Source: Raillietiella orientalis (lineage: Eukaryota). From it: 64,000 nt of DNA. Every line of letters starts with the position of its first letter. Within the stretch, counting starts at the first letter, position 1. The notes below the pieces were generated by a model. That model saw nothing but the letters and a program-made list of their open reading frames with translations. It searched no databases and was not told the DNA's origin. Position numbers and translations under genes: made by a program. Below are positions 1-10,752 of this stretch, piece after piece. The stretch spans positions 248,001 to 312,000 of the forward strand of contig JAYWIR010000020.1 of NCBI GenBank assembly GCA_036172245.1, read 5' to 3'.

Positions 1-1929
1 GAAATTTTCTGCTTTCTGCACACCGAGAACGCTTTATTTCTTTGCCTGCAAGCCCCCCCTCCATCTTGGTTTTGGCGTTCCTTTCGCGATTCAGACCATT
101 GCAAACCTGATCTGTGCACCGCTTGAGAGAAGTGACGGGGTGAGTTTCAAGTCTTTTCCGAATCACAGATTTTCATGACTCCCCATTAGATGACGAAAGA
201 TCCTCGGCAAAAATGCAAGACGAGCCTTTCTTAGTTGGACAAGCCATCCCAAAGTGATTCTTAAACGTCCGATGTTCTCAGTCACTGTTTTCATCTTGTC
301 TCCTATTACGATTCAAGGAGGATTTAAGGGATTTCCTTCCCTTGAACTGTGGAATTGGAGAGACTGGCTACATACGATGCAGCTTTCTCGGAGCAAAACG
401 GTTTACTCCCATCGAACGGACGTGCTTAAGAAAGCACCGTGTATTTCGGTACCGTTCTAGGTTTATACCGTTTTCATGGTTCCGGAAAAATCATTTGGGA
501 TCGATTTAAAAAGCCGCCCCAAAGCGGAAGGGAAAAAAATCTCCTGATTTCGAAAACTGTTTGTGCAGCTCCAAGTATCCTCGACTGATGTGAACAACGT
601 GGCTCAGGACTCAGGAGTCATTACTTTCTTCTTGCTTGACCTGTGCATCTCATTTGACTCGCACGTTCTCTCGGTATTCGTGTGTGCTCTTAAGGAAAGA
701 GCTCGCTCACACGCACGTATTGATGCCGAGAAATTGATCACATCCGTGCATTTTCATCGTGCGGAAGGGATGCTCATTTGTTCCTTGCATTTGAAATGAT
801 GGATGTGGAAAACTCCCGCTTCGTATCCGTGATTGGATTGTCCGTAAAACGTTCGTCTGCACTTGTAAATAAATTATGCGAGATTTGGGAATGCGCTTCA
901 AGATCCAGCGCTACCATCAGTGGAACCTTGATCAAAGATGATCAGTATGATCAATGGAGTAAGGAGGAGGCAATTTCCTCGATGCCATGAGTAAGGACGA
1001 CTGAGATGCAAACGATGCCTCGGCCCAAGCATCCAGGTACGGTTTGTACGTCGACGAGCACTTATTCATTGACTGGACAGGGGTTGATGTGCGGCCTGAG
1101 ATCAGGCAGATGCGGTTATACGTGAGCAATTATTTTTGTCCATTTCTTTGGAGATCTGGAGAGTCAAGAAGGCATATGAATGAAGAGCAGGAGTTGCACA
1201 CCTCAGATGAATTCATGGAAACAATGGAACAGCATATTCTTCCGCTGAGCGTGCTCACATGCTTCCTGGAAGACACTTCAGAGAAGTGACAACGGTGATG
1301 GTGACTTCTGGAATTCATCTGGTCACGTGTGCGCTTGTGGGCAAACGTGAGGCACAAATCAATCATCAAAAATGTGTTTCGCTTCCGTACATGAAGAAAT
1401 GAAAAAACGATCCTTTGATTTCTTTGAGATTTTCGATTGAGTTTGCACATCTGCGTTCATCTGTGGACGGAAAGCTCAGTTTCAGAGATCGTAGAAGGAC
1501 ATCGCTAGGGCTGCTGGACACGTGCAGAAAGTCTCACTTCTTTGCTTGGGTCGGCATATATCAGACAATGCGTTCCACGGAATTCCGATCGGATTCCCAC
1601 TCGTTTATTCATCCTTCATCCGGCAGGCGTTAGATAAAAGTCAATCAATGCTTTTCGTTGAGAAAGAAAAAACTCCAAAATCATAGAATTATGATGAATG
1701 GCAGAACACACCTGGCTGAAAATTCTTACGAGAACACGAAAGGTTCTCTTTGGATTAGCAGCCTGGAGGGAAAATTAAGTACGAAATGCTGATGCGAAAT
1801 GAGAGAATACACTTCAGAGATGCACTCTTCCTCCTGTGATATGCATGCTAAGCTCCTGTTCACTTTCTTAATTAGGGCTTGTTTTGAGATCGCATCTGAT
1901 CACGATGAGGAACCTCGTTATCGAGAGAG

Positions 1930-2330
1930 AGAAGTAGCTGAACTTCCCTTGGCACCTCAACTCCCTGCAATGCTGTGCGATTTCTTCACAGAAAGAGCAC
2001 CTCGTATTAATTTGAACTTTTCCACTGACGAGCTCCCGGGAGATGAGAAAACTGGAGATGGTTCGCGTATTGCTTGCAGCGAGATATCATGAATCGTGCC
2101 TCCTGTTTCCTGGTATTTTAACTGGACTTGGTACAACTGAAGGAGGAAGATGCTTCAAGATGGAAGAAAAATCCAGTGGTTCAACTCTCCGTTACAGGAA
2201 CGAATTGGGATGGGGACTCTGCTCGCACCACTGCAGCTGCACACCCTCCGGTTTCAAGAATGCTCTCGATGGCAGGATTCTTCAAAGAATGCGCAAGACA
2301 AGAACACCAGTGCGACATAACGGGAGAGCA
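1930..2330 (+). mobile_element. Possible highly decayed 3' fragment of the L1/Tx1-like family
   Basis: Short matches only: PCNA (~1965) ~ family LPCNTR, and FKNALDGRILQRMRK (~2253-2300) ~ family C-terminus (K/E)LAGIL(Q/A)RM. Confidence 0.3.
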
Positions 2331-4099
2331 GCGTCTTCGAAAGTTCCCTTCCCAAGTGACTGAACGTCTTCGCAGAAAGCCTAAAAGGAGGAACTCTCAA
2401 GTCGAGAGGACGAGATGAGAAGCTTCGGATACACTTCTGAAAGTTACCAGAACTCTGAAAGGCTTGGATGGCATTAGAGAGGGATGGGAAAGCGGAAGAG
2501 ACTGATCGAAAGGAGACCAAACGGAGTGAACTAACAAGATGTTTGGAACGAATCTCAACGAGGAAATCTCTGATTTCCAGAAATGCAGAATTCGACAGAA
2601 TTCTTCGCTATCGGAGGTCTTTCGCTGCGCTCAAGCGATTCCTGGATGAGAGACGACGCGCAGATGAAACAAACAACGTGACAAACGCATTGCTTGAACT
2701 CATCGGCATTTCACTTGGGTTGAAAATGGATGCTCCTCGGAACATCCAGGCAGAGCTTGGAGAATGCAATAAGGAAATACGCAGCAGCAGCACAAGTCTT
2801 AACGAGGGACAATTGGAACTGCTGCTGTGAAGCGGGGACTGTATCAAGGCCCGCGTTGGCAGCCGTGTGGCTGTGGTCTCCGCAGGCGGCACCCAGCGTT
2901 GCGGGTTCGGATTCGTGGAGGATCGATGCCGAGAAATGAGTGTGACTTGGGTTTCGAGCCCCCTCGCAGGATGACTCTGGCTGGTCTGTAGGCTTCGGGT
3001 GGGGCGGCACGGTGCAAGTCGGGAACCGAATGACCCTGTCGACTGGGCAGAATTGGAAGCTGCCCCTCTAAGCTTCTTCTATTAACCAAGGGGCTGGTTC
3101 CCTTCGGTCTTACCCTCTGTTTGTGAAAATGTGGCCATCCTCGCTCGGGGGAGGACTCTCTATCGTGTACCATGGAAATGTGTACCTCTCCAGAGAAATT
3201 TGGAAGCTCCCTTCGGGGTTCCATTCAGAGGAGCACCAACAAGGAGCGGTTCTCTTGTAGGCTGCCTCCGGAGAAGAAATTTCGGTCCTCTCTGAGGGGG
3301 TCTCTTTGAAGTGAGTAAGGAAAAGAGTCTCTTAGGGAACAGACAGGAAAAGAGTTCCCTTTGGAGTTCCCTCCCAAGCGTAAGAGGAATGGGTTCCTTC
3401 CTTCTGAGCCTTCCTGGATTCATGGGAAGGCCCCTATGGGATTGCCCCCTGAATTGAGATCACACGCATCCTCAGGTGGCGTGGACAGTGTTGAAGAGCT
3501 TTGTGAGTCCCTCTTTCTAAGGAGACGGACAGTCCTTCAGTTTTCCTTGAGAACAAAAAAAAAAAGTTGAAGGAGAGATTGGACTTCCCATGAAACCGAC
3601 CGAAATCGCCCGGAAATGAGGATCCCGAATTTTCCACCGTGCGTGGAAATGATTTCTCCGGGAACTGCGCAGAAGGTGCGCACCGGTTGGCTTCAGTGAC
3701 GTCTCAGCTGCCAATCCTTTAAACACGAGAAGGGTGCGGGCGAGCTCTCCATCTCGGAGTTGCTATCGTGGGGCCCTTAGGGTAGCACAGATGCCCATCT
3801 GCACAGATCCTCACAGTCATTCTGCTGCTGCAGAGATGCCTCTGATGCGATCCACGAAGGCGCGGAATGCGTTCCCCTTCGAGAAACAGAATAACCCTAA
3901 GGGATCTCCAACATCCAAGGGATTCTATAAGACAAGAGCTTGCCATGAATCCCAGGAATAGAGCTGCCTCTAAAACTAGCTGATATCTGGGGAAGAACTG
4001 AATGAACTTCGGTGTTCTCCTTCTGACCACCTGGTAGTGTAGAAGAGCAGGCAGGAATCTAAGATGCATAGCGTACGGTAGCTAATTGCAATAGGTCAA

Positions 4100-4740
4100 T
4101 GCCGTTAGCAGCAATTTTCACTACGGAGACGATCCTTATATCGAGGGAAAATGGAACTTCCTTTTGGGCTGCGGTAGGCGCTGCTGATGTCGTGTTGGAG
4201 ACTCCTGTGCAATGTGCACAGCCACAACTGGACGAGGGAGAATATCACGTCGAACAGTTCCAGGTGCGAAAAAAGTTCATTATCCCCCTTCCTGCTAGTG
4301 CATCGTGTTGCCCTGAGGACGCTTCAGGAACGCCTTTCCAAGAGGTGGACAGCTCCCAAAGCATTCTCAAGCTCCCTCTTTGTATGGACTACCTCAGCCG
4401 GCAGCGCTCTGCTGTCTGAGCAATGCCGTCGCTGATCGGCACAAAATCGAGAGAGGAAGACACGACAGGGGAAAGAGGGAGCATCCTCTTCTCAATCCAC
4501 TTCCTGCGGGTAGCGTCGAGGTGGACCCACATGGGAAGTAATGAGGAGAAGCTCGCTGGCATCCTGCAAAGGATGCGGAAGAAGCAACGCCACTGGACTG
4601 TGATCCCTTACCTTTTCCCTCACCTTCTTGAAACTGCAAACATTCCGTTTTATTTCCTCTTACCCCACTCTCCTACGCGTTCGTTGTGGATCTTGTCAGT
4701 AACTTCTAAGGATCTTTGGACTGTGGATGTCTATTTTTGA
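4100..4740 (+). mobile_element. Decayed 3' fragment of L1/Tx1-like non-LTR retrotransposon ORF2 (zinc knuckle to C-terminus)
   Basis: CWRLLCNVHSHNWT...SNSSRCEKSSLSPFLLVHRVALRTL (ORF 4187) aligns with HWSLPCNTRLHHWT...DPHCAR*GERKPLSNIQVDCVALRPL of the 31-35 kb element. EKLAGILQRMRK (~4548-4582) matches its QELAGILARMQR. A pyrimidine-rich tail follows. Confidence 0.65.
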
Positions 4741-6565
4741 TGGATTAACCTCCTTCCCGGGTGAAAATGTACTCCCGACGTAAGGGTGACTTTAATCTTT
4801 CTGGAACTGTTGTAATTGGACTAACTGATGTTCTATAAGAAAAAAAAACTGAAAATAGAAACATCATTCGAGGTGAAAACGAGTAAAAGAAGAGAGGGAA
4901 ACAAATGAAAAAAGCAAAGATCATCTCAAACGAATAGTGACGAATAGGAGACGTGTCTCTCATTGATTCATTCTTTTGAGGGGTCATAGATTTCTTCCCA
5001 ATTTCATAGCGGTCACAGCAGCAGTGACCCGAAAAATGTCATATGAAGAGTCACATGCGATGAAGTTGCAATGGTGTGCAAACGTGTTGGCATTCCTGAT
5101 ACTATTCAAAATATTCTGCGGTGCCATCAGCCTGAGACTTTCGGTGACTCGTCACAAGTCAAGGATTCAACCGACTCGTCTGCAGAGGCAACCTACAGGT
5201 CAGCCTACCGTTTCGATAGTTCAGCAAAGAACAAGTGATGAGCACGTGCGATTTTCCGGACAGAACGCACGGCGAAAATGCTGCATTTTCACGAAGATTT
5301 TATCAGGATGAAATCCGTCATTTTGGGTGCATTTGCATCCACCGGGATGCAGGTGAACTGGGTACATAAGGAGAGCACCACGCTTGGTTCTCGCTTTGCC
5401 ACTCGACACCTTCCTCCTCCAGCTCGAAAGGCGACCAGTCAGCTTTCAGATGAGATAAACGAACAAAAAAATGATGAAACTTCTAAATTAGCCTTCTCGG
5501 AGAAAGCGGACGATGAAATCGACTATGAGCTGAACCAGATCTTGTTTCAGGCCACGTGAAAATAGAATAAAAGTGTTTTCGGAACCTGTCCAACTGGGTA
5601 GACTCACTCCTATCTGCAGTGCTCTTATCATCCCAAGGAAGCGCTGCGAATCCGCAGACCAAATCCATCTTAAACGAAGCATGGACCTTTCTGGCCCTTC
5701 CAACTTCGAACAGCACATCTATTACCAAGTCAAAAGCGCATATACGCGTACAAGAAGCAAAAAAAAAACACTACATAACTCGGTGGGATAAAGAAGAAAA
5801 ATCAGATTTGGTGAGCAGTGTACATAGCTCCATCATCCGAATTCTGAGCACATTTCTCACCTTGTCGCAGCAACTGCAGATCAACCAGGAAAGACGATTG
5901 GTTCACAGACAGCAGGCTAAGGATGGAGTCGTGTTTCAACAGTAGGGCTCACCCGCATATCGCCGGGACATTACAGAAAGCAGACAGAGGGAGCACCCCT
6001 ACAATAACCTTCTTATAAACATGCTCTTAACAAACTCTTCCACAGACGAGGACAAACACGTGAACAGGAACAGTCTCCAGCCATCAGGTCGAATCAACTG
6101 CATCAAAGCTCGGAAGTAGACAGGAGGTTCCGTTGCCTCCGTAGCGGAGTGCCGCCTACGGCAGTTCCGTCCCCCATGGCTATGGCAGTACGACGGTGCC
6201 TCAGCAATTTCGTAGCTGAGGTTCGCATTTATCTTCTTCCTCGAGAAATCCAAGGAAGCGAGCGTCTGGTGGAGCTTTCTCAATCGAGTGCAGAGACAGC
6301 GGGAGTTACTTTTTCTGAACATTCCATGTTTAAAATTTTGCTCGTCCCCACCCTCTCCCTCCTTCCCACACACACACACACCAAGCGTTGGTTTCTTTCG
6401 CGACCCCCACGCTACGGACGTACTCCCGTAAGCACAGTATTTCATTCTATCTTGTCTTTCGACACTCACTGGAAGGTTTTTCCGCCTCTTCGAGAACGAG
6501 TCGAAGAAGAGAATCCACGCCTTGTTTAATTGTCCAACATTTTTAATGAATGAGAACCTTTACCA

Positions 6566-6940
6566 TCATAGCAAATCAAGTTCCCAGAAGTGTTCGACTG
6601 CCAAGTACATGTCTTTCGGCAATGCCTTCGCAATGACCTCTCTAGACTCTAACCAATTTGATAATGCCAGGAAACAGACCATTGTATTGCTCGTTGTCTC
6701 TATGCCTATGTAGTTAATGAATCGATTATAATCCTTCTTAAATCTTTTGACCACTGTGATAAGTTGAGCTGCGCTGTAAATTTTCAGGGTTTTGAGCTTG
6801 AGAATGAAGTCTTCACACTGTTTGACTCCTGGAACTTCATTCACTGGCATTCCTTTCAGATTCTGGCTTAGGAAAGACCAAAAGCCTCCTGGGTCATTTT
6901 TCTCGTACTCTTTTACTGTCTCCCATTCCTCTTCCGTCAT
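6566..6940 (-). CDS. Divergent BAF (barrier-to-autointegration factor)-like protein 1, intronless, 124 aa, with C-terminal extension
   Basis: Aligns by eye along the whole of human BAF: [20 protein letters not shown] ~ [51 protein letters not shown] ~ [39 protein letters not shown] ~ CFGCLREW. Intact ATG-to-stop ORF with AAA before the ATG; homologous to two neighbouring ORFs. Confidence 0.85.
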   Translation of the reverse strand: [124 protein letters not shown]

Positions 6941-7618
6941 TTCGCAAGTTTCAGTGGAGTTGGTTGAAGCTGGGAATGTATTAAGGGCAAATTTGGTGTG
7001 AGAGTGTCTCTATTAGTCTTTGAGGCATTGAGAATACAGTTGTAGTTGCTAAGCGACCATACTTTGTTGTTTTTAAGTATCTTCTGCTTGTCGATGTTCA
7101 AGTTATTCGTTCAAGTTATGGTATTCTCGTCAGGCCGTTTCCGCGCCTTCCTATTAACCCAAACTCGAATCTCCATAAATGATTGGTAAATCTGCAATTG
7201 CACACGTTCTTCTTCCAGAAACTTGAAAATATTCAAGGCTCAAGAAAATAGACAGCAAAAAGAGCGGAGCGGAGACAGAGCTGATGTGGCACTATCCAAG
7301 GCCTGGATCCAGGTAGATCCCTTGAGGAAAGAGTTTTCTTTAACACGTGTCGAAGGTGAAGAGGGTGAATTATTCATGGACAGGTGGATATTCCAATGTG
7401 AAATGTGCAGATACGAAGTGAGCCTTGCCAGAAGATCATGGTAACGGACGATGGGAATTATGACGAGAAGGCACTCAGGGCCAAGAACGCGTGGGTTGCT
7501 TAGCAACAAGATCCGAATCCCCAACCACTCGAAATCGGCAGAGATAAACCCACAAAGGAATTTCCCGAAAAACCGATAGTTTCCTTCCTCTTTTCCCAAC
7601 GCAGCCTTCAAATTTCAA

Positions 7619-7999
7619 ATGTCTGGAAGTAGTGCTAGATCTCCGCTGCCTGTTCAGGCCAAAATGGACGACTTTTTATGCTCTCCACTGAAAGGAAAAC
7701 CTACAACAGAGGTACCAGGAATAACTATCACTCCACAGAAATTTCTTTTGAAAAGATCGGTTTGCAGCGCAGCTCAGCTTCTGAACATATACAAGATGTT
7801 CAGTGAAGAATTCTCAGACTTTTACAATTTCATAACTCAAAATGAGAACGTCAGTGAGGAAGATAGACTGCGGGAACAACTCCGTATTGCTTACGAGGCT
7901 TTAAGGAAATGGTGGTTATCGAGATTGCTGATTGCTAAGCAGTTAAACCAAAACCATTACATTGCACTCGAATACTTCCTGGGACTTGATTTGCTCTAG
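7619..7999 (+). CDS. Divergent BAF-like protein 2, intronless, 126 aa, with C-terminal extension
   Basis: [19 protein letters not shown] ~ BAF [37 protein letters not shown] ~ [26 protein letters not shown] ~ CFGCLREW. Shares EVPG, SAAQL and the terminal LDLL with the 6566-6940 ORF. Confidence 0.85.
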   Translation: [126 protein letters not shown]

Positions 8000-10329
8000 G
8001 ATTAAAGGTTTATTGAATCTCTTTTACCATCACGATGGCCTGTTTTATTTTTTTATTTTTTTTCCCACTCTCCAGAGCGGCACTCATTTAAGGAGCGCAG
8101 ACGTTGTTCGTAACTTCGTGGAAGCTCAACCTCTTCCTGTCTAGGGACTCTTTCAAATTGCAAATGCATCTTTCAGAGGTTCCTTGCGCAGAAGACTCTG
8201 CGATTTTCCATGATCCATTCGTACTCTTCAAGTTCCAATTCGCATCCAAAACGAGAACTTTCGAATGTTTTGTACTCGTGGCGCTGTCTGCTCCCTTGAG
8301 AGAAAGCTGCCACGAAGGCAGTCTTCGTGGCCAAGTTTCCAGAGTTGACCTTCATCCACTGCCCGTTTCCAGCGTCAGCGTGCTTTCCTCCTGAAAAATC
8401 TCTTGTGGGTACCCCAGTGCAGAATTACGTTAAAACTACACACCATCTTCTTGGCTCGAGAGATGAGGCCTCTGAGCAGCCTTCTTCTTCCGAGGGAAGC
8501 AAGTTTGCTTCAGACATTTTTGCGATTTTGATCGACGCCATCGCTGATGCTCAACTCACCCCACTCATTATCTTTTAGTTCCTTTCTCTTTCATCTCGAC
8601 TTTGCGTTTTCGCTCCACTAATTTTCCATCCCTACCGATTTCGATGGTATCCTGCCTCTTGTTGGCTGCTTCCTCCTCGGAACTTTCTTCATGAACGCCA
8701 ATGACGATGTTCATTTCCTTTGTCCTTCAGCATGCATGGTACAATCAAATTACGGTCAGGAAACAACAAGGTACTCTTCCTTCATACTCGAGTGTCCATT
8801 ATTAATAAACTTCCATACTCTGCCGCGCATAAATGAAACTTTAGCCTTCTCATCCCGTTTTTGTCACCCTGCTCCTTGATGGCTGCTGCCATTTACGTAC
8901 ACTCTGCAGTCACGAGAGCACTCCCATTCTTTCTTCAGACTTCTCCCACCCTTCAGTGCGTACATGCCACTGTGGGAGGCGACCCCATTCTTCCTGCCAT
9001 GGGTGCTCCATTTATGCAGCGAGGCTCCCTACATTCCCTATTATGGGGGCCACCACGATACTGGGAGTTCCACCACGTCTCCCTTCGCCGACGTGAGCTG
9101 CGTTCCAGGAGACGAATTCTCATTTTGCGAGGCAACCTTTCCGTGCTTTCGGCGGGTGCCTCCTCCGCTCCGGTGCTCTCTCAAGCGGAGGTGGGCCGTT
9201 GGCCAGCAACGGTCTGGCTCGTTTGTTCACTGTGTCGTTCCCCTTGACCGGAGTGTTTGTGGTGTGGGGAGTAAATCCAAACCTTTAAGGGCTGCGCTTT
9301 GAACCGACCAGCGGCCCAGAACTCTCGCTGGTTGGTTCCACGTCGTCTCCTTCAGAACGCCTGCCGTTTCCTAGCGCTTTCTGTCGCGGCCCTCACTTGC
9401 CAAGGGACGCCAGTCAGTTGGGGCGACAAAGAGCGCCGGCCACATGCACGTCGCCTCGTGCAGCCAAAGTCATTGTGGCTGGATGGCCGCAACGGCTTTG
9501 CTGCTTTGGCTGCTGGCGGAGGAAGCAGAATGTGCGAAGCGATTGAGCGCGCGGAAAAGTCCATCAGTGAGTCTGTCAGATGCCCCAGGACCCAGCTATG
9601 TAAGCGAGGGGCGCCGATTCCCTCCCAGGAAGACGTACCAGCTCTCCAGATTGCAAGAGGTGCTCACGGGACGCTCTTTCGCCCGATCGGGAATCCCCGC
9701 TCGCTTTCGTAGCCGTCAATACAAAAAGCGTGCTGGGATTCCTGCTCGAGGAAAGCGTCTTTGCGAATGGGTGAGTGGGGTGGCTGAATGGGAGTGAAGG
9801 GAGGGAGGGGGGAAATAAAAAAGGAAGGGAATCCTGGACTCCTCCGTGAGTGGGTGCGACTGCCTCTTCTGGAGAAGCGCTGGAGAGTTCGGACCAGCTC
9901 AGACCTGAACAAGGTCGCCCGCGCCTAGGAACTGGCTGGAGTGTACTTGGCGGACGCCTCAGGAGCATGAGGGACCCGAATTTCAAACGGTTACGGCCCT
10001 CTCGTCCCCTGCGAACGCGCAAGCTGCTGAGGATCCCTCAAAGTCACGCGGCTTGCAGTTTCGCGTTCTTCCCGGTTTTCGTTTACCGTTTTCGTTGCAC
10101 CGTTTCCACTTACGAGCATATCCTTGTCCTTGTTAGGTTCCTTTGATCGCTGCTCATCCCTGTCCTTGCACCCCACGGGGGGGAGAAACAAACCAGAATA
10201 AAAAAGACGGTGGCAGAATCCAAATCGCTCTCATCTTTCCGGTGTTCTCCTTAGAAGCCCCCCTGGGAACTGAGGGGGGACTCAACGCGGAAAACGACGT
10301 CTTGCACACGCTGGAATCGGAGTGCTCTT

Positions 10330-10752
10330 CTAGATCCTAGAGAGGTCCAGAATTTCTTCGCAGAGCAAATACCAGTCCTCGTTTAGTCTGAGAGAGAAGT
10401 CCCTCCTTCGTTGTATCCACATTGCCAGGGCATCGAATACTTGTTCCGCTTTCTTGGCCGCCGCGTCCGAAGTTTGACCACAAAGATACTCCACGAATGC
10501 ATTCTTCTTTTCCTCTGTATTCTGAAAAATGCTCAGAAGATGAGCCATCGAGTAGATGCCTTTGCTTTCGAGCTGCAGCGCGATTTCCTCCGAAATGCCC
10601 GGTACTTTCAACACGGACGCTCTTCGAGAGCTCATCTTCGAGAAATAGCTTATCGACATGGGTTCTTTCTTCGATTCGCTCTCAGATGAAACGTCAAACG
10701 TCTCCCGAATAATCATCCTCAATTTGAGGGGCCACTCGATGGGAAGTTCCAT
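10330..10752 (-). CDS. Divergent BAF-like protein 3, intronless, 140 aa, with N- and C-terminal extensions
   Basis: VLKVPGISEEIALQLESKGIYSMAHLLSIF...AFVEYLCGQTSDAAAKKAEQVFDALAMW ~ BAF [30 protein letters not shown]...[27 protein letters not shown]. Tail aligns without gaps to the other two copies. Confidence 0.82.
   Translation of the reverse strand: MELPIEWPLKLRMIIRETFDVSSESESKKEPMSISYFSKMSSRRASVLKVPGISEEIALQLESKGIYSMAHLLSIFQNTEEKKNAFVEYLCGQTSDAAAKKAEQVFDALAMWIQRRRDFSLRLNEDWYLLCEEILDLSRI

Noticed and set aside
730..1289. HLFLAFEMMD (kinase hinge-like) and LYVDEHL (piggyBac-like) snippets
   Set aside because: No other kinase (HRD, DFG) or transposase motifs; no consistent exon chain could be built.
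2468..2830. 120-aa helical-looking ORF (also 5278-5559)
   Set aside because: Possibly real exons, but no homology or splice context supports a call.
3719..4069. Minus-strand GFM...ILFLE as an RT motif
   Set aside because: Poor spacing and no catalytic Asp; the adjacent recognisable LINE piece is on the plus strand.
4099..4419. DEGEYHVEQ as a chromodomain start
   Set aside because: No downstream YLVKW..W motifs; it is an alternative frame of the LINE 3' fragment.
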